The notes: generated from the letters alone by a model not told the origin. Positions 38,291-51,132 are shown, counted from the stretch's first letter. The stretch is DNA of 64,000 nt from an uncultured Planctomycetota bacterium (GCA_963845755.1 CAWJTV010000011.1:768001-832000); one strand, 5' to 3'. A program made the numbers and translations.

Positions 38291-38875
38291 TCAGAAGTCC
38301 TGGGCCATCTCGATGGCGGCAACGAACTCGCGGCCCAGCCGACGGGTCAGGGCCGTCCGCTGCTCGTCGTTGAGGGCCTTGAGGACATTCTCGCGGGCCA
38401 GCTCGAACGCCTGCTTCTTGAGTTTCATCAGTCCCTCCTTCGAGTGCCTCTCGGCCGCCAGGCGCCTCTGGAGCGTGGAGAGAACGCGCGCGTTGTCCGC
38501 CCGGGCCGCGCGTAACTTCTTCTCCTGTTCCGGCGCGAGCCGCAACATGCCGAGGTACTCGGTCGGCAACGACCCGCGGATGACCTGAACCTGGCCACGG
38601 ATCTCGTCGAACCGCTTCCTCTGGGACGGGGTGAGGACCTCGGCCGTGCGCCGGTCGAGCTCCGACGGCGGGATCTTTCCGTCCGCGGACCGCTCGAACA
38701 GGCGCCCCAGAGTCTCCTTCTGGGGCAGCTCGAGCTTGAGGTCCTCCTGCACCTGGGCGTATCGGAGCAGGTAGGGCCACTTGGCGGGCGTGGTCTGCTG
38801 GCCCGGCGCGGGAGCTGACAAACCGGTCGTCACAAGGAGCGCCGCACCGAGGATTGCTGATCGGCTAACTCTCAT
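38291..38875 (-). CDS. Secreted helical hypothetical protein (LTxxQ/Spy-like repeats)
   Basis: Signal peptide; VQEDLKL..QK, VLTPSQRKRF, LNDEQR. Confidence 0.6.
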   Translation of the reverse strand: MRVSRSAILGAALLVTTGLSAPAPGQQTTPAKWPYLLRYAQVQEDLKLELPQKETLGRLFERSADGKIPPSELDRRTAEVLTPSQRKRFDEIRGQVQVIRGSLPTEYLGMLRLAPEQEKKLRAARADNARVLSTLQRRLAAERHSKEGLMKLKKQAFELARENVLKALNDEQRTALTRRLGREFVAAIEMAQDF

Positions 38876-39100
38876 CGATCCCTCCTGTTGAGATTGACGT
38901 CGGCTCGCACGCGCTCCGGGAGGCGGAGCGATCCGCGAGGAAGCGTCGCCGGAAAAACCGGTGGCAAATTCCTCCCGGCCCCGCGGACCAACGGCCCGAC
39001 GCCCCGCCCCCGGTCGAGGACCTTGAGCGGGGCGTCGATGGTGGGTTGGAGTTTTCCTCCGTAGGATCCCTGCCGCATGCCGCGCATCGGCGGGATCCTT

Positions 39101-39347
39101 GATTCCGATTCCGGATTCCGGATTCCCGAAACCTCCTTCATCCGGAATCCGGAATTGGGAATCGTGAATGCCTCTTCGGCTGCGGCCGAAGGCCGCGTTA
39201 GAGTCGTCCTCCGTAGGCTCCCTGCGCCGTGCCGCGCCTCTGGGGATTCCGAATTCCGGATTCGCGATTCCGGATTCCCGGATCATTCCCCTTCGGGAAT
39301 CCGGAATCGCGAACGGGAATATGGATTGCGGCCGAAGGCCGCATTAG
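39101..39347. repeat. Two repeat units of GGATTCC/GGAATCC heptamer hairpins, each ending TGCGGCCGAAGGCCGCRTTAG
   Basis: Units at about 39101-39201 and 39244-39347. Confidence 0.7.
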
Positions 39348-39367
39348 GGGGAAACCCTCCGCTCGGT

Positions 39368-40454
39368 TCATCGCCCGGCCGCGCGGGCGGCGCGACGGAT
39401 GTCGGCGCGGAGCGTGGACGGGATATCATAGAGCTTCGGCCGGAAGGTCGTCGTCTGTTCGCGGGTCCGCCGGATCTGACCGGAAGTAAACTCGCTCATG
39501 CAGGCGTCGTCTGTATAATTCATGAAGTTATGAACGGGGTCGAGCCACGGCTTCGTCGAATCGCTCGGGTCCATGTCGCCGGAGCAGGAGTCCGGCACCG
39601 GCGAGGGGCAGCCGAAGTTCACCTGGTGCGGGGGAGTGTCCTTCACGTCGTCGTCCGGAGGCACGCAACCGCCCTGGAACGTGTGGAACAGGCCCACCCA
39701 GTGGCCCACCTCGTGCGTGGCCGTCTGGCCGAGGCCGAACGTGCCGCCCGCGGGGTTGGCGGAGCCGTCCTCGGCCGGCAGGCTCGTGTGCAGGATGACA
39801 ACCCCGTCCATGTCGACGTCGGCGGCGAGGTCCGACGGGAAGGTCGCCCACCCGAGCAGCCCGTCACCGAGGTTGGCCGTGTAGAGATTCAGGAACCGTT
39901 CCGGGTCCTTACCCAGAGTCGTCTTGGCCTCTCGTTCTTCCGCACTGAGGTGGCCCATCGTATACCAGTCCGCGCGGTCGGCGTCGGCGTCAACGTCGGT
40001 GTAGTCGGGGTCGCCGGCCAGCGCGAAATTGAATCCGAAGGTCCGGAATTCTTTGTTCAGCACGTTGATCTGCTGATCAATGCGGGCGCGGCTGACCTTG
40101 CCCTCATTCCCCTTGTGGATGACGTGGAAGGCGACGCGGATCGTCACCTTGTTCGAGGGATTGAGCGAGTCTTCCACCCCGGCGACCCGGCGGACCGCCT
40201 CCGCCGCCAGCCGTGCTCGGCGCATTTGGTTGTCGGTGGGAATCGGTGTGTCGCAACGCCGGCCCGACTCGACGAACTCGCGTACCGTCAACTGCTTGCC
40301 TGCAACCTCCACCTTCCCGGCCTGATCTTGCGGGGCCCCTTGCGCTCGGGCGGCTCGCCATCGGGCGGCCGAACGGCGCCAATGCGAGCAAGCCGAGGGC
40401 CACACCTGTAGGTACGGCAAGCAACAGCGCAAACTTCCTGGCCCTGTACATCAT
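39368..40454 (-). CDS. M43 (pappalysin/ulilysin-like) zinc metalloprotease, secreted (5' frameshift)
   Basis: VAFHVI, LLGWATFP, DGVVI, HEVGHWVGLFHTF, NFMNYTDD, FTSGQ. Confidence 0.92.
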
Positions 40455-41004
40455 GGTTGTCTCCCTTTTCCCGATCAGGAAAGCCTGTGCGACTGCCGAA
40501 ATGAACGCGATGCCCCTCCCGCTCGGCAGATTCAGAGGGGGCAGCTCCAAACCGAGGTGATGGTCCCATCGCGGTCGAGAGTGACGAGATCTCCGCCATG
40601 GAGGCCGAATTGCACGAAGAGATGGTTCGAACAGGCCGTGCGTCGCGCCTTCTCCCGGGCGTCAGCGCGATTGCACAGTCGGCGAGCGACAGAACGGACG
40701 GCGAACGCCGGGAGAATCCCGATCGGGATTCTCCCTTCGAGAGCGTCCACTCGGCGCTCTCGCTTTCGAACGGGCGAGGCCATCGCGGCTGGCTTCTCAG
40801 CGACACCTGTCGGCCACGGCCGGCGATTGAGCCGGCGGGAGTTCGAAACCGGTCAAGGAATCCGTGTCAGATAGGTCTGGGTCTCACCGACGGCGACGAT
40901 ACTCTCCGTCCCGGCGATCGGTGGATCGCGGCGTAACACGCTCAGGGTGCGCTGAAACCGATCGTCGATCCAATATTCCTATCGAAATCCCGTCCCCGGT
41001 CGCG

Positions 41005-41275
41005 TCACGGCCCGGAGACGAACTCGACCACGACACTGGGGATATCGCGGGCGGTGTCGGGGACTCGCCCCTGGCGCTCGGGCAAGGTCAGGTCCAGGGT
41101 GGTCCCCTGGGAATGATTCGCCCGATAGTTCCTCAGCATCACACCCAGTTCTTCATCCGGATCGCTCTCGGCTTCCGACGGGATCGGTGTTCCGGCCACG
41201 ACTCCGCTGATCAACTCGTGGCCGTGCCGTTCGTCGTAGGTTGTGACGGCGTCCAGATCAGCCGGATCAATCCTC
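41005..41275 (-). pseudogene. Uma2-family fragment
   Basis: ELISGVV..P.PSEAESDPDEELGVMLRNY..PSVVVEFVS followed by early stop; internal deletion apparent. Confidence 0.55.
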
Positions 41276-42304
41276 GTCCGGGTCGGTCGGGGTACCGAGG
41301 ATCTCGGCCACATCCCAGAGCCGGACGTGGTTGTCGCCGCCGCAGGCGGCGAGCGTTCGGCCATCGGCGGAATACGCCACCTGGGTCAGCCGCGAGGATT
41401 GTCCATCGAGGCGGATTCGCTGGCTGCCGGTGGCAACCCACCAGAGTCGGACCATGCCGTCGTTGCCCGCCGTGGCCAGGGTCGATCCATCCGGCGAGAA
41501 ACCGACTGCGGTGGTGCCATAGGTATGTCCCGCGACCTGACGGCACAACCGGCCGGTCGTCAGGTCTCGGATCCGGACTGCCTGCGCTCGACCGGACATG
41601 CGGCGGCGAGCAGGGTGCCGTCCGGCGAGAAGCGCGATCGAGGAGATCGGGCCTAACGACCCGCTCCCCAACAGTCGGCTACGGCCAGTCTCGAGATCCC
41701 AGAGGTTGATCCGTTGCTCCTCGCGTTCTCCCGATAAGAGGGAACTGCCCGTCGGGCGAGAACGCCAGACACAAGGCCGGAAATCGGCCGTGGAGTGTCG
41801 CCTGCACGCGGTCTCGCGGCGAGGTCCCAGAGCAGGATGTCTCCATTGCGTTCGGTCGTCGCCGCGAGGGTGCGGCCGTCGGGCGAGAAGGCCAGGGCCC
41901 GGGTCTGGCATATCGGCGCGTCCCGCAGTCGTCGTGTTCCACACGACGCCAGGTCGAAGAGCGAAGAGGTCGGCCTCGACGCCTCCCATCGCCAGGAATC
42001 GGCCGCTGGGCGAGAAGGCCACGCCCCAGGCCCGGCTGTGGTCGTCGAGGAATCGCGGGAGGCCCCAACCGTCCTGAAGATCGCGCAAGGCCACGCGCCC
42101 CTCGTGATTCGTGGTCGCGACCGTCTTGCCGTCCGGAGCGAGCGCGAAGCCGAGCGTCAGGACGCCGGGCTGGCCACGAGCCAACCGCATTCGAATCGGC
42201 TCGCGGCTCGGCTCGCCACTCGAGAGCCACGCCAGACCGAAGAGCCCCAGCAGGATGAGACTCTTGAGTCCCCAGGACGGGAACACGACCCATTTCCGTC
42301 CCAT
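41267..42304 (-). CDS. WD40 repeat protein (frameshifted)
   Basis: VAFSPSGRFLA, GH...VGFSPDGSTLATAGNDGMVRLW, DNHVRLWD. Confidence 0.88.
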   Translation of the reverse strand: MGRKWVVFPSWGLKSLILLGLFGLAWLSSGEPSREPIRMRLARGQPGVLTLGFALAPDGKTVATTNHEGRVALRDLQDGWGLPRFLDDHSRAWGVAFSPSGRFLAMGGVEADLFALRPGVVWNTTTAGRADMPDPGPGLLARRPHPRGDDRTQWRHPALGPRRETACRRHSTADFRPCVWRSRPTGSSLLSGEREEQRINLWDLETGRSRLLGSGSLGPISSIALLAGRHPARRRMSGRAQAVRIRDLTTGRLCRQVAGHTYGTTAVGFSPDGSTLATAGNDGMVRLWWVATGSQRIRLDGQSSRLTQVAYSADGRTLAACGGDNHVRLWDVAEILGTPTDPDED

Positions 42305-43071
42305 GCCCGCTCCCTCCCGATGCCACGGGTTGGATTCAACCCGGCGGGCGTCTCGTTCGAGGTTACAAAATTCGTCGTACGACTACAATAATAGTCATAA
42401 GGGGCCGTTTGTCAACGAGGTACATCGGATTCTCTTCCACGGGCGAGCGCGTCGAGGCGGCTCGTCGGATCGGCCGGTGTTGGATCGATCACTGCCTTGG
42501 ATCGAGCTTTCCCGCCGGGTGCTCCGGGGCGTCAGGCTGGGAAGCCGGGGGTTACGAATGTTGTGGCCGTGGGCCGCGTGAAATGCCGCTTCCTATCAGA
42601 CAAGGCGCCGTCCGGCCCCCGATGAGGCGAGCGCGATCATGGGCATTCTCGTTTTTCCGCTCGGTCGCTGCCTTCAAGGGTCGATATCCGAGTGGCTCTG
42701 ATCTCCGAGGGACATAGGACTCCAACACACTGGTCAACACAAGAGCCCTCTTCGCGCCGGGTGGCACACGAGGGCTTCGTGGTTGCCTCCGGGCTTCAAC
42801 GAGCGGCGGTTGGCCGTTTGCCAGGGTCATTCACGAACCACCGCGAGCGTCGCGGTGTCCATGGCATCGGGACGATGTTCCCGCACGAGGAGGCTGGACC
42901 GATGACCGCGCGACGAATCGTCACCGTGTTATCCGACAAGATCGCTGCCCACCGCTCCGCGTTCGCCACCTGAAGGACGGGGACCGGTCGGGGATCGAAT
43001 GCGCAACCGTAGGAGCACGCTCCGCCGTCGCTTCCTGGTCGCGTACGTCTATCTTCAAGAGGGCCGATCCC

Positions 43072-44293
43072 ATGTCCACGACGATCCCCCGAGAGAAGGC
43101 GGCGAGGGTCCGCATCGATGAACTCATCGGCAGGGGTTTGAAGCTTGCCGGCCCGGAGGTCCGGGCGAAGCGCGCCTTCGAAGGCTTGCTGCACCGGGTC
43201 CGGAGCCGGACGGACCTCTTGCGTCCCAGGGTCGGCAGGAACCGTTACTCCGACCTGGGGCAGGTGAATTTGCTCTGTGGATTGCTCGCATTGGCGGCCG
43301 AGCATCGCGATTGGCTGCGGCGGGCTGGCGATTGGGTGCCGTCCGGCGACGGTCCCATCGGGCAATTCGCCTCGCTGGCCCAGCATCTCTTATCCCATTA
43401 TCCCCTGCCGGTCTTCATGGCCTCGGTCTGGTTCCCGGGCCGCGATCCCGAGGCGATCCGCCGGCAGGGCTGGTACAAGCACCTCGGGCTCGGCCGGAAC
43501 ATCCGCACGGCCGACATTCCGCTGATGCTCACCAAGCGGATGGCCCACGAGTTCAGCCTGGCCCCCGACCATTATTCGATCGACAAGGCCTTACGCTGGG
43601 GGCAGGTCCGCGGCCTGGGAGGCTCGAAAGACTTGGCCCGAGCGATCGTGGCGACGCGCCTGGGCCGATCGTTCGCGCACGAAGACTTCTGGCGGACCGT
43701 GGTCCACTTCTTCGTGAACCACCCCGAGCTCGAGCTGATGCACATCAAACCGATCGTCGCGTACCTGCATGAGCAGAAGTTCGAGCCGCGGAAGGACCTG
43801 GTCGAGGACGGTGAGATGTCGGTCAACCCGCCGCAGCCGAGCCTGTCGATGAAGGGCCGCACGCCGCGATCGCTCTTGCGGCAGATGGGCGAGTGGCATA
43901 CCTGGCTGCGGCGTACCGAGCGGGTCCAGGCGCTCCGTTGGGCACGATCGGGAATCGGCGAATTCCGGCTCGAGGTCGAGCTCGACGAAGGCCAGCCGCG
44001 TTGCTGGACGATCCGCGAGCTGCTCAGCAGCGGCGAGCTCTACCGCGAAGCGGCGGCGATGCGGCATTGCGTGGCGTCGTACGCGCGGGCCTGCCGGTGC
44101 GGCTACACCTCGATCTGGTCGATGCAATTCGGCGAGCGACGGGCGGCGATACCGGGCCCTGACGATCGAGGTGGACCCCGCCACCCGAACGATCCGTCAG
44201 GCCCGCCGCCGCGCCGATGCCCAGCCGAACGCCAGGCAGCGGGGTATTCTGGAACAGTGGGCGCGGCAGGAGGGGCTGACGATCGAGTGCTGA
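43072..44293 (+). CDS. PcfJ domain protein (3' frameshift)
   Basis: SMKGRT.RSL..WH, WTIRELLSS.EL..EA..MRHCVASY..C..G..SIWS, TIEV. Confidence 0.8.
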
Positions 44294-44415
44294 GGGGCGA
44301 GCCTCGGCGAACATAGCTCACGGCTCGTCGATCGCTCTCGCCGGGTCTGGACGACTCTGGTACGATCACCGGGGATCCCATCCCGACCGAATCCCGCGCC
44401 CGGCGAAGGAGAGGC

Positions 44416-45412
44416 ATGGCCATGAGCACGGTCTCGAGATCCCGATCCGAGAAGCCGGTGAAGCGCCGGAAGCCGCAATCCGCCCCGTATCGCTACGGCT
44501 GGCGGGAGGTGTTGGTCACGGCCCCCGACGGCACCCAGACGCTCAAGACCGTGTCCCTAACCGAGGAGGATATCCTGTTTCCCCTGGTGGGAGATTTCAT
44601 CGTGCAGACCACCCGCCACAACGAGGATGTGGGATACCTCAAGTCGGTATCCGAGGTGCAAGTGGCCGGCGATCCAGGGGCGGTGGTGATCTCGGACTGC
44701 CTGGTGGACTGGAACCTGCGGGGCCGTCGCCCGCTGTGCCCGGACCTCGCGGTCTTCTTCGGAGTGGAACACGATCCGGACGAAGAATGGGATACGTTCA
44801 ACGTGGCGGCGGAAGGAGCGGAGCCGGCGCTGGTTGTCGAGGTGACCTCGCGGAGTACGCGGAAGAATGACCTTGTGGCCAAGGTCGAGCTCTATTATCG
44901 AGCCAGGGTGCCGTTCTATCTGATCGTCAACGTCACCGATCGAGGGAAGAAACGTCGCATCGAATTGATCGGCCGCCGGTACGCGCCGCGGGGGTACAAG
45001 GACGTCAAGCCGGACGCCCAGGGTCGGATTTACCTGGAGGCGTTGCGGCTGTTTGTCGGCGTGACGCGGGATCGTGCCGGCGGCGAGCGGCTGGCGTGCT
45101 ACGACCCGGATACGGGCGGCGGAGCTGGGGAATTATATGGCGGTGGTGGAGGCGCTGGCCGCGGCTGAAGCCCGCGCCGATGCGGAGGCCCGCCGCGCCG
45201 ACGCGGAGGCCCGCCGCGCCGAGGCCGAGGCCCGCCGCGCCGATGCGGAGGCGCAGGCCCGGGCCGCCGCCGAGGCGCGAATCCGCGAGTTGGAGGCCGA
45301 GCTGAAGCGGCTGTCGCGGCCGGCGGCCGTGACCAGTCCGAGCGGGGATCGAGGACCAGCCGGTACCCGCCCCGCTCGGACCGATTGCCAGACCATCCCC
45401 GATCAGTACTGA
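44416..45412 (+). CDS. Uma2 family protein with 21-bp (AEARRAD) repeat coiled coil (frameshift near 45120)
   Basis: Paralogue of 29131; PDLAVF, PALVVEVTS.STRKND. Confidence 0.85.
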
Positions 45413-46453
45413 ATCAGAACTGACCACCTCCCCGCCGTTGCGGCTCGAGAGCATCTGGTAGACGCCGTACCGCGTCCCGGGGGCGAGGGTCAGGAACCCG
45501 TTGACATCGGACACACCATTCGGGAAGCCGGTCGCCGGGTTGAACGGCCAGGTCTGGATCGAGTCCTTGAGGAACCGCACCGAGCCGTCGCAGAACGCGA
45601 AGTTGCGCCCCCGGGATGGAAGCTCGACGCCGAATCGTCCCAGGAGAACGAGTATTCGCCGGAGATGACCGGCACCTTGTTGAACGGGTTCATCGGATAG
45701 AGCGTGGTGAAGATGGTGTCGGTGGAGATCGCGTCGCCCCACCAGCAGTAGCAGTTCATCGAGGCCGCGGCCCCGAACTTGCCGTTGGCCCGCTCGCTGA
45801 AGATGATCGTGTTGCTCGTGCCGTCCGTGACGCTCGAGAGCGGCAGCGCGATGTTGTATGTGAACATCCCCGACCAGCGGCGTTGGCCCGCGACGTGATG
45901 TTCGGGTCGTTGGCGGTCGCCCCGCTCCAGTAGAACTCGATCCCGGCCAGAACGTGCCGGAACAGCCGCCGTAACTGCTGAACCGCGTATACCAGTCGGT
46001 CAAACCCATGTAAGCGCCAATATCCACGATCCGGCTGATCGTCGGGTCGCTCGGGCACCAAAGGGTCGACAACCCCGTCCTGTAGGCCGTCTGGTTCACC
46101 GAGTCCTGGATGTTGATGCTGAAGTTCACGAGGTTGTACAGGGGCTGCTGCTCGAGGTCTCCCAGCATCGAGACGAAGACGCTCTGCGATTCGGGTAGCA
46201 GACCTGGTAATACGGGTCCCACTGGATCGGGCAGCCGATCGGGAATGTCGTATTCGAGCTCACATAGTTATGCGTCGCCAGGGCGATCTGCTTGAGGTTA
46301 TTGGTGCACTGGGAGCGACGAGCGCGCCTCGCGTGCCGCCTGCACGGCGGGCAACAGCAGCGCGATCAGCACCGCGATGATCGCGATCACGACCAGCAGC
46401 TCGATCAGGGTGAAGCCTCGGTATCCGAAGATCCGACGTGGCGAATGGGACAT
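45403..46453 (-). CDS. DUF1559 prepilin-like protein with H-X9-DG motif (frameshifted)
   Basis: [57 protein letters not shown]. Confidence 0.92.
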
Positions 46454-46591
46454 GGACGTTCATCCTTTCTGAGGGAACGTGAGAACAGGGAAACCGTCAG
46501 AGGCGAAGGGAAAAATAAACGAGTGTTCATAACATTGGTCAAGCGGCAACGACGACCGGGACCGGGCCGAGCTCCGTGGGTCAGCTCGGGA

Positions 46592-46792
46592 TCAGGGAGC
46601 CTCCTTCTTTCCGGATTTGCGAGTCAGGTCCGCCTTTTTCTGGAGCTCCTCGGCTCTCCTGCGCCGCTTCTCCCCGGCTTTAGGGTCGGCGGTGACACCC
46701 TCCCCGCCGCAGCCGAGGCAGGCCATCGGCGCGGCCAGCAGGGAGAGGAGAAGGGAACGTCGGGTGACCGACTGCATCGGCCAAGGGATCAT
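46592..46792 (-). CDS. Small putative lipoprotein upstream of DUF1559
   Basis: RRSLLLSLLAAPMACLGCGG lipobox-like, followed by a Lys/Arg-rich tail. Confidence 0.55.
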   Translation of the reverse strand: MIPWPMQSVTRRSLLLSLLAAPMACLGCGGEGVTADPKAGEKRRRRAEELQKKADLTRKSGKKEAP

Positions 46793-46916
46793 GGTGGATT
46801 CCTCCAGGAACAGGATGGATTGGTGGCTCTCGGTCGTCATATCTGGCGTGGCGTCGTCCTCATGGTGTCCTGTCGCTGACTCAATAGGAACTCAGTCATA
46901 TTACTATTTAATCATA

Positions 46917-49900
46917 TTATTGTAATCGTGGCGCGAAGGGATCGTCGGGGAACTCCAGGTCCATCAGGTCCATCATCAGGCGCCGGAACCGGGGATGGGT
47001 GCGGAGCGGATCGAGGAGGGCTTCCTTCCGCATCTCGTCGAGGTGGATCATCCCCTGGAATTCGTGGGACGACCGGGCCTTCTCGAGCAACTCCAGGGCG
47101 CGCGTCCAGGTCCCGATCCGGCGAGCTGCCGGCGCTCGGCCGGCGGTCTGCGTGGATCTTCAAGCGCGAGTTCGGCCAGGGCCGCGTGGACGCAGGCCGC
47201 GTCGTAGGAAAGCATCCAGTAATTATAGGCGTGCTCTCACCTCCTTTTGCCGCGTTCACCGTGTCGCGGATCTGGTCGCCCCGGAGAGCCAACTCCGACA
47301 GATCGCCCAGTCGGGCCTTGGTCAGTGCATGAAAGGCCCGAAAGACCTCTTCATCCTTGCTGCCGAGTCATGAGCTAACTCGAAGGACCTCTTGGAAGTC
47401 GGGGAGGGCCTCGGCAAGGCGGCCGAGACGCATCCGCGACTCGCCTTTCTCTGCTGAGGGATTCTGCGAGTCGTCTCCGGCCAATCTGAAGGTTGTGGGG
47501 ATCGCGGCGCGCGAGGAAGCGGAGCAGGTGGATGCAACGCCCTGACCACTCGAGGGCGGATTGTTCATCGCCGCGAGAGCTAGAATTGTTTTCATATGTC
47601 CCGTACGCAATGACGAGAGCCTCGGCGATCCTGATATCCTGCGGGATGGTCGGCGGCAAGCTTTTCCAGGATGGCGATGGATCGTTTGACCGCCGCCTCA
47701 GCCTGGGGGAACTTCCTTTCCCATAGCGAGGCCATGCCCTAGACTTGCAAGGTTATGGCCAAGACTCCAATTGGTACTTGGTCACCACGGGGTGATCCCG
47801 AGCGAGCTTCTCCGTGATCTCCACGGCCCTTTGATGCGACACGATGCCGCCGGGCCGGTCGTGGAGCTTATTCGCTTGCAGGCGTGCGAAGGAGTGGAGG
47901 ATCGTCGCCAGCGATTCCTGGTAGGCGGTCACCTCGGCGTGTTGCCGCGCCAGCCGGTCCGCAAGGCCCAGGGCCTGGCGGAACGCCGCGTCCGCCTCCT
48001 TGACGCGTCCTTGAATTCGGTACTGGTCGCCCAGACGGCCGTAAGCATCGGCCAGTTTCGACCGGTACTTCGCGATCGCGGGCTGCTCGCGCGCCAGCCC
48101 ATCCCACAGCGCCGCTGCCGCCTGGATCTCCCGTTCGGACTCGGTCCAGCGTTGTTCATCGCGGAAAACGGCGGCCGATGTTTCGAATGCGCCTGGGCCA
48201 GAGCATCGCGATAAGTCGGCTCGGCCGGGACGATCGGCCACCAATCCCATTCAGGACTTCAACCGCCTGCCGACCGGCCTGCTCGGCTGCGGCGGTTTCT
48301 CCCAGTCGGGCCCGGATCCCGCCCACTGCGCATACCGGCGTTGGCCGCCTCCAGCCTCATCGAGGGATCCCGACTCTGTGGGAGGGCGAACCGCTCATAG
48401 AACCCCAATGCCTTTTCCAGGATCTCCCGCTGGTAATCATCCATCTCCTTCTGGTCTTCCAGCTTGTCAGCCACGCCGGTGTACATCTCGTCGACGACCC
48501 GGCGCGCGAAGGCGAGGTTCTGCTCGGCGATGTCGCGCTGGCGGGCGACCAGGACATTGCCGATGGCCAACGCCCCTACGGCCATGATCAGGGTTGCGGC
48601 CAGGCCGGTCACGAGCAGGCGATGGCGGCGGCCCCATCGCCGCAGCCCGACGGATCATCGGCTCGCGCCAGGCCGAGACCGGCTCATCGGCCAGCCAGTG
48701 CTCGACGTCGTCGGCTAGGGCCCGCGGCGTGCGGTAACGCTTTGCGGCCGGCTCGGTCGCCATCGCCTTGAGGCAGACGGCCTCTAGCGCCGGGTCGATC
48801 CAACCTTGGAGCTTTCCTCGGTGGCGGGAAGTCGCCCCGCTCGACCCGGCGGAGCAGCTCCAGGCATGTCCGGGTCGTTAAAGGGGCCCGGCCGGTCAGC
48901 AGGCAATAGAGGGTGGCGCCGAGGCTATAGACGTCGCTGGCCAGGTCCCAGCTCGTCGATCCGCCCGGCGGCCTGCTCGGGACTCATGTAGGCGGGCGTC
49001 CCCAACCGGGCCCCTAGCTCGGTGCCGCGCAGGTCGCTGCCCGACTGCGGGATCAAGGTGCGATCGTCCATCGTCGCCGCGGTCGGTGCGGGATCGGGCC
49101 GGCCCAGGCTCTTTGCCAGTCCCCAGTCGACGACCAGGGTCTCGCCGAACTTGCCGAGCATGATGTTGCCGGGCTTGAGGTCGCGATGGAGCACGCCGCG
49201 GCTGTGGGCGTAGTCGATCGCGTTGCAGACGTCGAGGAACCGCCGCAACAGCTTCTGGAGCGCCAGCGTCCGTGCGCCGGGGTCTGCGGCCCTGGTCCTC
49301 CTCCTGGTGGAATGCTCGATGGCGGCCTTGAGGTTGTCGCCGCGGATGAACCGCATGGCATAGAACGGGCGGCCGTCGTCGTAGGTCCCCAGGCCGTAGA
49401 CCGGGACGATGCCGGGATGTTCGAGTCGTCCGGTGATCTCGGCCTCGACGACGAAGCGCGCGACCTTCTCTCGGTCTGACGGCGTGATCGAGCTTGATGC
49501 GCTTGAGGGCGACGATGCGATGGAGCTGCTGATCGCGGGCGACGTAGACCTCGCCGAGTGCGCCGCGGTCGTGGATGCGGACGATCTGGAATCGGCCCTC
49601 GGCGTCGGAGGCGACTCGCATGGTCCCAGCTCGCGGTAGTCTCAGGGCCGCAGTCTCCGCCATCGGTGGTCAGGCCAAGGTAGAGGAGGCTGGCCTGGAA
49701 GTCGAGATCGGGGACGACTTCGAGCCGGTCGCGGACGGCGGGCAGGACGGCCAGCACGGCGAGGCTGCGCTCGGGGTCATGGCCGTGCTGCTGGATGTGC
49801 TCGCGGACCAGCTCGGCGAGGACGGCGTGCCGCGCGGGGCTCAGCGCGCCGCGATCGAGGAGAATCTGCCCGAGGGACAGGGACTTGTCGGCGACCCAGG

Positions 49901-50285
49901 CGCCGAAGGCGGCCAGGAGGGCGTCGCGATCGATGAAGTTGTTTTGTAAGGCCAGCAAGCCGAAGAGCAGGCTGTGGGCCGCCGTCCTCGGCTTGCTCGT
50001 CGGCCTGTCGTGCGGATTCGCGAGCCCGAAGGCGGCGACGACAGCGGCAGGGTCGTCGGGGAAGCGCCGTTGATATTCGTCCAGGGTGGGCGTTTCGCCG
50101 GCGCCACGTCGCAACTCGCGCTCGACGCGGATCAACTCCTCCAGGAGCGGAGCGCGCCGGGTTCCGGACTGACCGTCCAGGTAGTCCTCGATGCGGGGCC
50201 GGTCGCCGCCCCGTTTCCAGTCGGCCTCGAAGCGATCGGCCGCTTCGTCGATCCAGGTCCGTTCGCCTGCCTGAACAGGGCTCAT
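46917..50285 (-). CDS. Ser/Thr protein kinase with TM and TPR region (multiple frameshifts)
   Basis: RGALGEVY, VALK, HRDLKPGN, VDWGLAK, GTPAYMSPEQ, TPR-like repeats, terminal DLEFPDDPF. Confidence 0.88.
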
Positions 50286-50494
50286 CTCGGTCTCCTCGGA
50301 CGCTCTCTGAGGCTCTCCGGTGAACGGTGAACGGGACGATCGCTTCCTGTCAGCCATGTTCAGGGCACCGCGGCGCACAGTCGCCCCTTCTCGGGAAGAC
50401 TGCGCCGAGGCCGTTTGGGGACAGGGCCGCCCGGAATTCCTCTCGTCGGATCCGGATTTGCCATCGAGATCGACGCACGACTCCGCCCCAACTC

Positions 50495-51112
50495 TCAATC
50501 GTCGCCGCTTCCCCAGTAAGCCCGGATCCGCTCCAACTTGCGCTCGACGGTCCGGAGCGTGCATTCCAGCGTCTGGGCGATCTCGGCGTTGGTATAGCCC
50601 TCGAGCTTCCACTGCGCGATCTGGCGCAAGGCGGGGTCCGCGAGCATCTGGAAGCGCCGTTCCAGGGCCTCGTTGAGCAAGGCGGCCTCCAGCGGGGTCG
50701 GACCGTCGGAGTCGATCTGGTCGAGGATCGAAACGGCCTGGTCCCCCGCGGGGTCATCCGTCGATGGCTCGGTGTCCTCCCGGCGAACGTCCCGCTTGGC
50801 TTGCCGGTGGCGGTTCGCCGTGTTCCGGGCCTTGCGCAGGGTGATCTGCACGAGCAAGTTCCAGAGCTGATCCCGATTGGACAGGTCAAAGTCACCCCGA
50901 CGCTGGCGTGCGCAGAAGCTCTGGTACATGCTCTGGAGCACGTCTTCCGCATCCTCTCGACTGCGGATCCGCGCCGAGAGGTGGTTGCGGGCCAAAACCA
51001 GCAACTCCTGGAAATAGCGTCCCCAGACCAGCCGGGCCGCAACCTCGCGCACCGCCGGTTCGTCCGACCGCAAATCGATGATCAGCCGCGTGACCGAACC
51101 CTGTGCACCCAT
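50495..51112 (-). CDS. ECF sigma factor of the kinase-associated type
   Basis: GSVTRLI..L, DAEDVLQS...SF, KLEGYTNAEIAQ.L.C..RTVERKL; adjacent to the kinase. Confidence 0.88.
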   Translation of the reverse strand: MGAQGSVTRLIIDLRSDEPAVREVAARLVWGRYFQELLVLARNHLSARIRSREDAEDVLQSMYQSFCARQRRGDFDLSNRDQLWNLLVQITLRKARNTANRHRQAKRDVRREDTEPSTDDPAGDQAVSILDQIDSDGPTPLEAALLNEALERRFQMLADPALRQIAQWKLEGYTNAEIAQTLECTLRTVERKLERIRAYWGSGDD

Positions 51113-51132
51113 CAAACCCCCGGTCGCCGCAA

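Noticed and set aside
39101..39347. Integron attC sites (GTTAG ends) or CRISPR repeats
   Set aside because: No matching RYYYAAC box, no integrase or cas genes, only two units with repetitive interiors
40557..40936. Short ORFs between M43 and the Uma2 fragment
   Set aside because: No recognisable motif or convincing start
42690..42790. Leader peptide or riboswitch upstream of pcfJ
   Set aside because: Only a weak hairpin (agccctc..gagggct) without a U-tract or a recognisable aptamer
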